DNA of 64,000 nt from Candidatus Daviesbacteria bacterium (GTDB taxonomy: Bacteria > Patescibacteriota > Microgenomatia > Daviesbacterales > UBA10151), in the NCBI GenBank assembly GCA_028712705.1, contig JAQTPP010000003.1, positions 64,052-128,051 of the forward strand, given 5' to 3'. Every line of letters starts with the position of its first letter. Within the stretch, counting starts at the first letter, position 1. Below the pieces are notes generated by a model. That model saw nothing but the letters and a program-made list of their open reading frames with translations. It had not been told where the DNA came from and made no database searches. Shown here in pieces: positions 63,846 to 64,000 of this stretch. The position numbers and the translations under genes were made by a program.

Positions 63846-64000
63846 AAGAACTTGATCCATTCTTTTTAGCCTCATCTTCTCTCCATTTAGCACTAATAAC
63901 ACGCTCACCAACTATAACATCCTGTTTGGTGCGGGTGGTAAATGGAAGTTTGGCTATTTCACCAAAGGCCACCCACGAAAAAGCATCTCCTTTAAAAGGA
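63846..64000 (-). CDS. 3' end of a gene running off the window (partial)
   Basis: Minus-strand frame is open to the window edge and ends ...FGEIAKLPFTTRTKQDVIVGERVISAKWREDEAKKNGSSS with stop at 63846-63848. Confidence 0.3.

Noticed and set aside
1-64000. rRNA genes or CRISPR arrays anywhere in the window
   Set aside because: No 16S/23S/5S signature stretches, and no regularly spaced direct repeats with unique spacers, were seen.

Overview
AT-rich bacterial chromosomal segment that looks like a small-genome, Gram-positive-type or CPR/Patescibacteria-like organism; that assignment is an inference from gene content and style, not a database result. The core backbone includes three GT2 glycosyltransferase genes, a class A PBP, the conserved thrS-infC-rpmI-rplT-pheS-pheT cluster, murT-gatD with two glucosaminidase-like paralogs, a YvcK-like gene, glmS, obg, a MacAB-type efflux set, a GT39/ArnT-like membrane glycosyltransferase, an S41 peptidase, pyrD, a UDP-glucuronate-decarboxylase-like gene, an MFS transporter and an ArsM-like methyltransferase. 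I read 13 tRNA genes by eye. There is a 5.8-kb gene for a giant multidomain surface protein (DUF2341-like, discoidin-like, FN3, LysM, C-terminal TM anchor), with a pentanucleotide microsatellite in its N-terminal coding region. No rRNA and no CRISPR array were seen. Accessory content sits next to tRNA genes. Next to tRNA-Tyr are a ParB-like small protein, a hypothetical protein, an alpha/beta hydrolase and a protein with a caspase-like C-terminal domain, whose three minus-strand genes (the caspase-like gene is on the plus strand) each have a repeated about 70-bp upstream element. Next to tRNA-Gly(GCC) are an HNH endonuclease and a partial tRNA copy. Next to tRNA-Gly(TCC) are a duplicated tRNA 3' end, a GIY-YIG pseudogene and a nucleotidyltransferase. 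Next to tRNA-His are an ORF ending inside the tRNA and an RNHCP-domain gene without a canonical start. A Fic gene is bracketed by tandem 12-bp repeats. There are several families of short palindromic repeats: perfect 13-bp-stem hairpins inserted in frame twice in pheT with compensatory stem changes, a second family inside murT and intergenic, and MITE-like GC-rich elements with CTGTCAT...ATGACAG ends. Many genes have a -10 box 6-10 nt before the start codon, suggesting widespread leaderless transcripts. infC appears to start at CTG after a GGAGG Shine-Dalgarno sequence.
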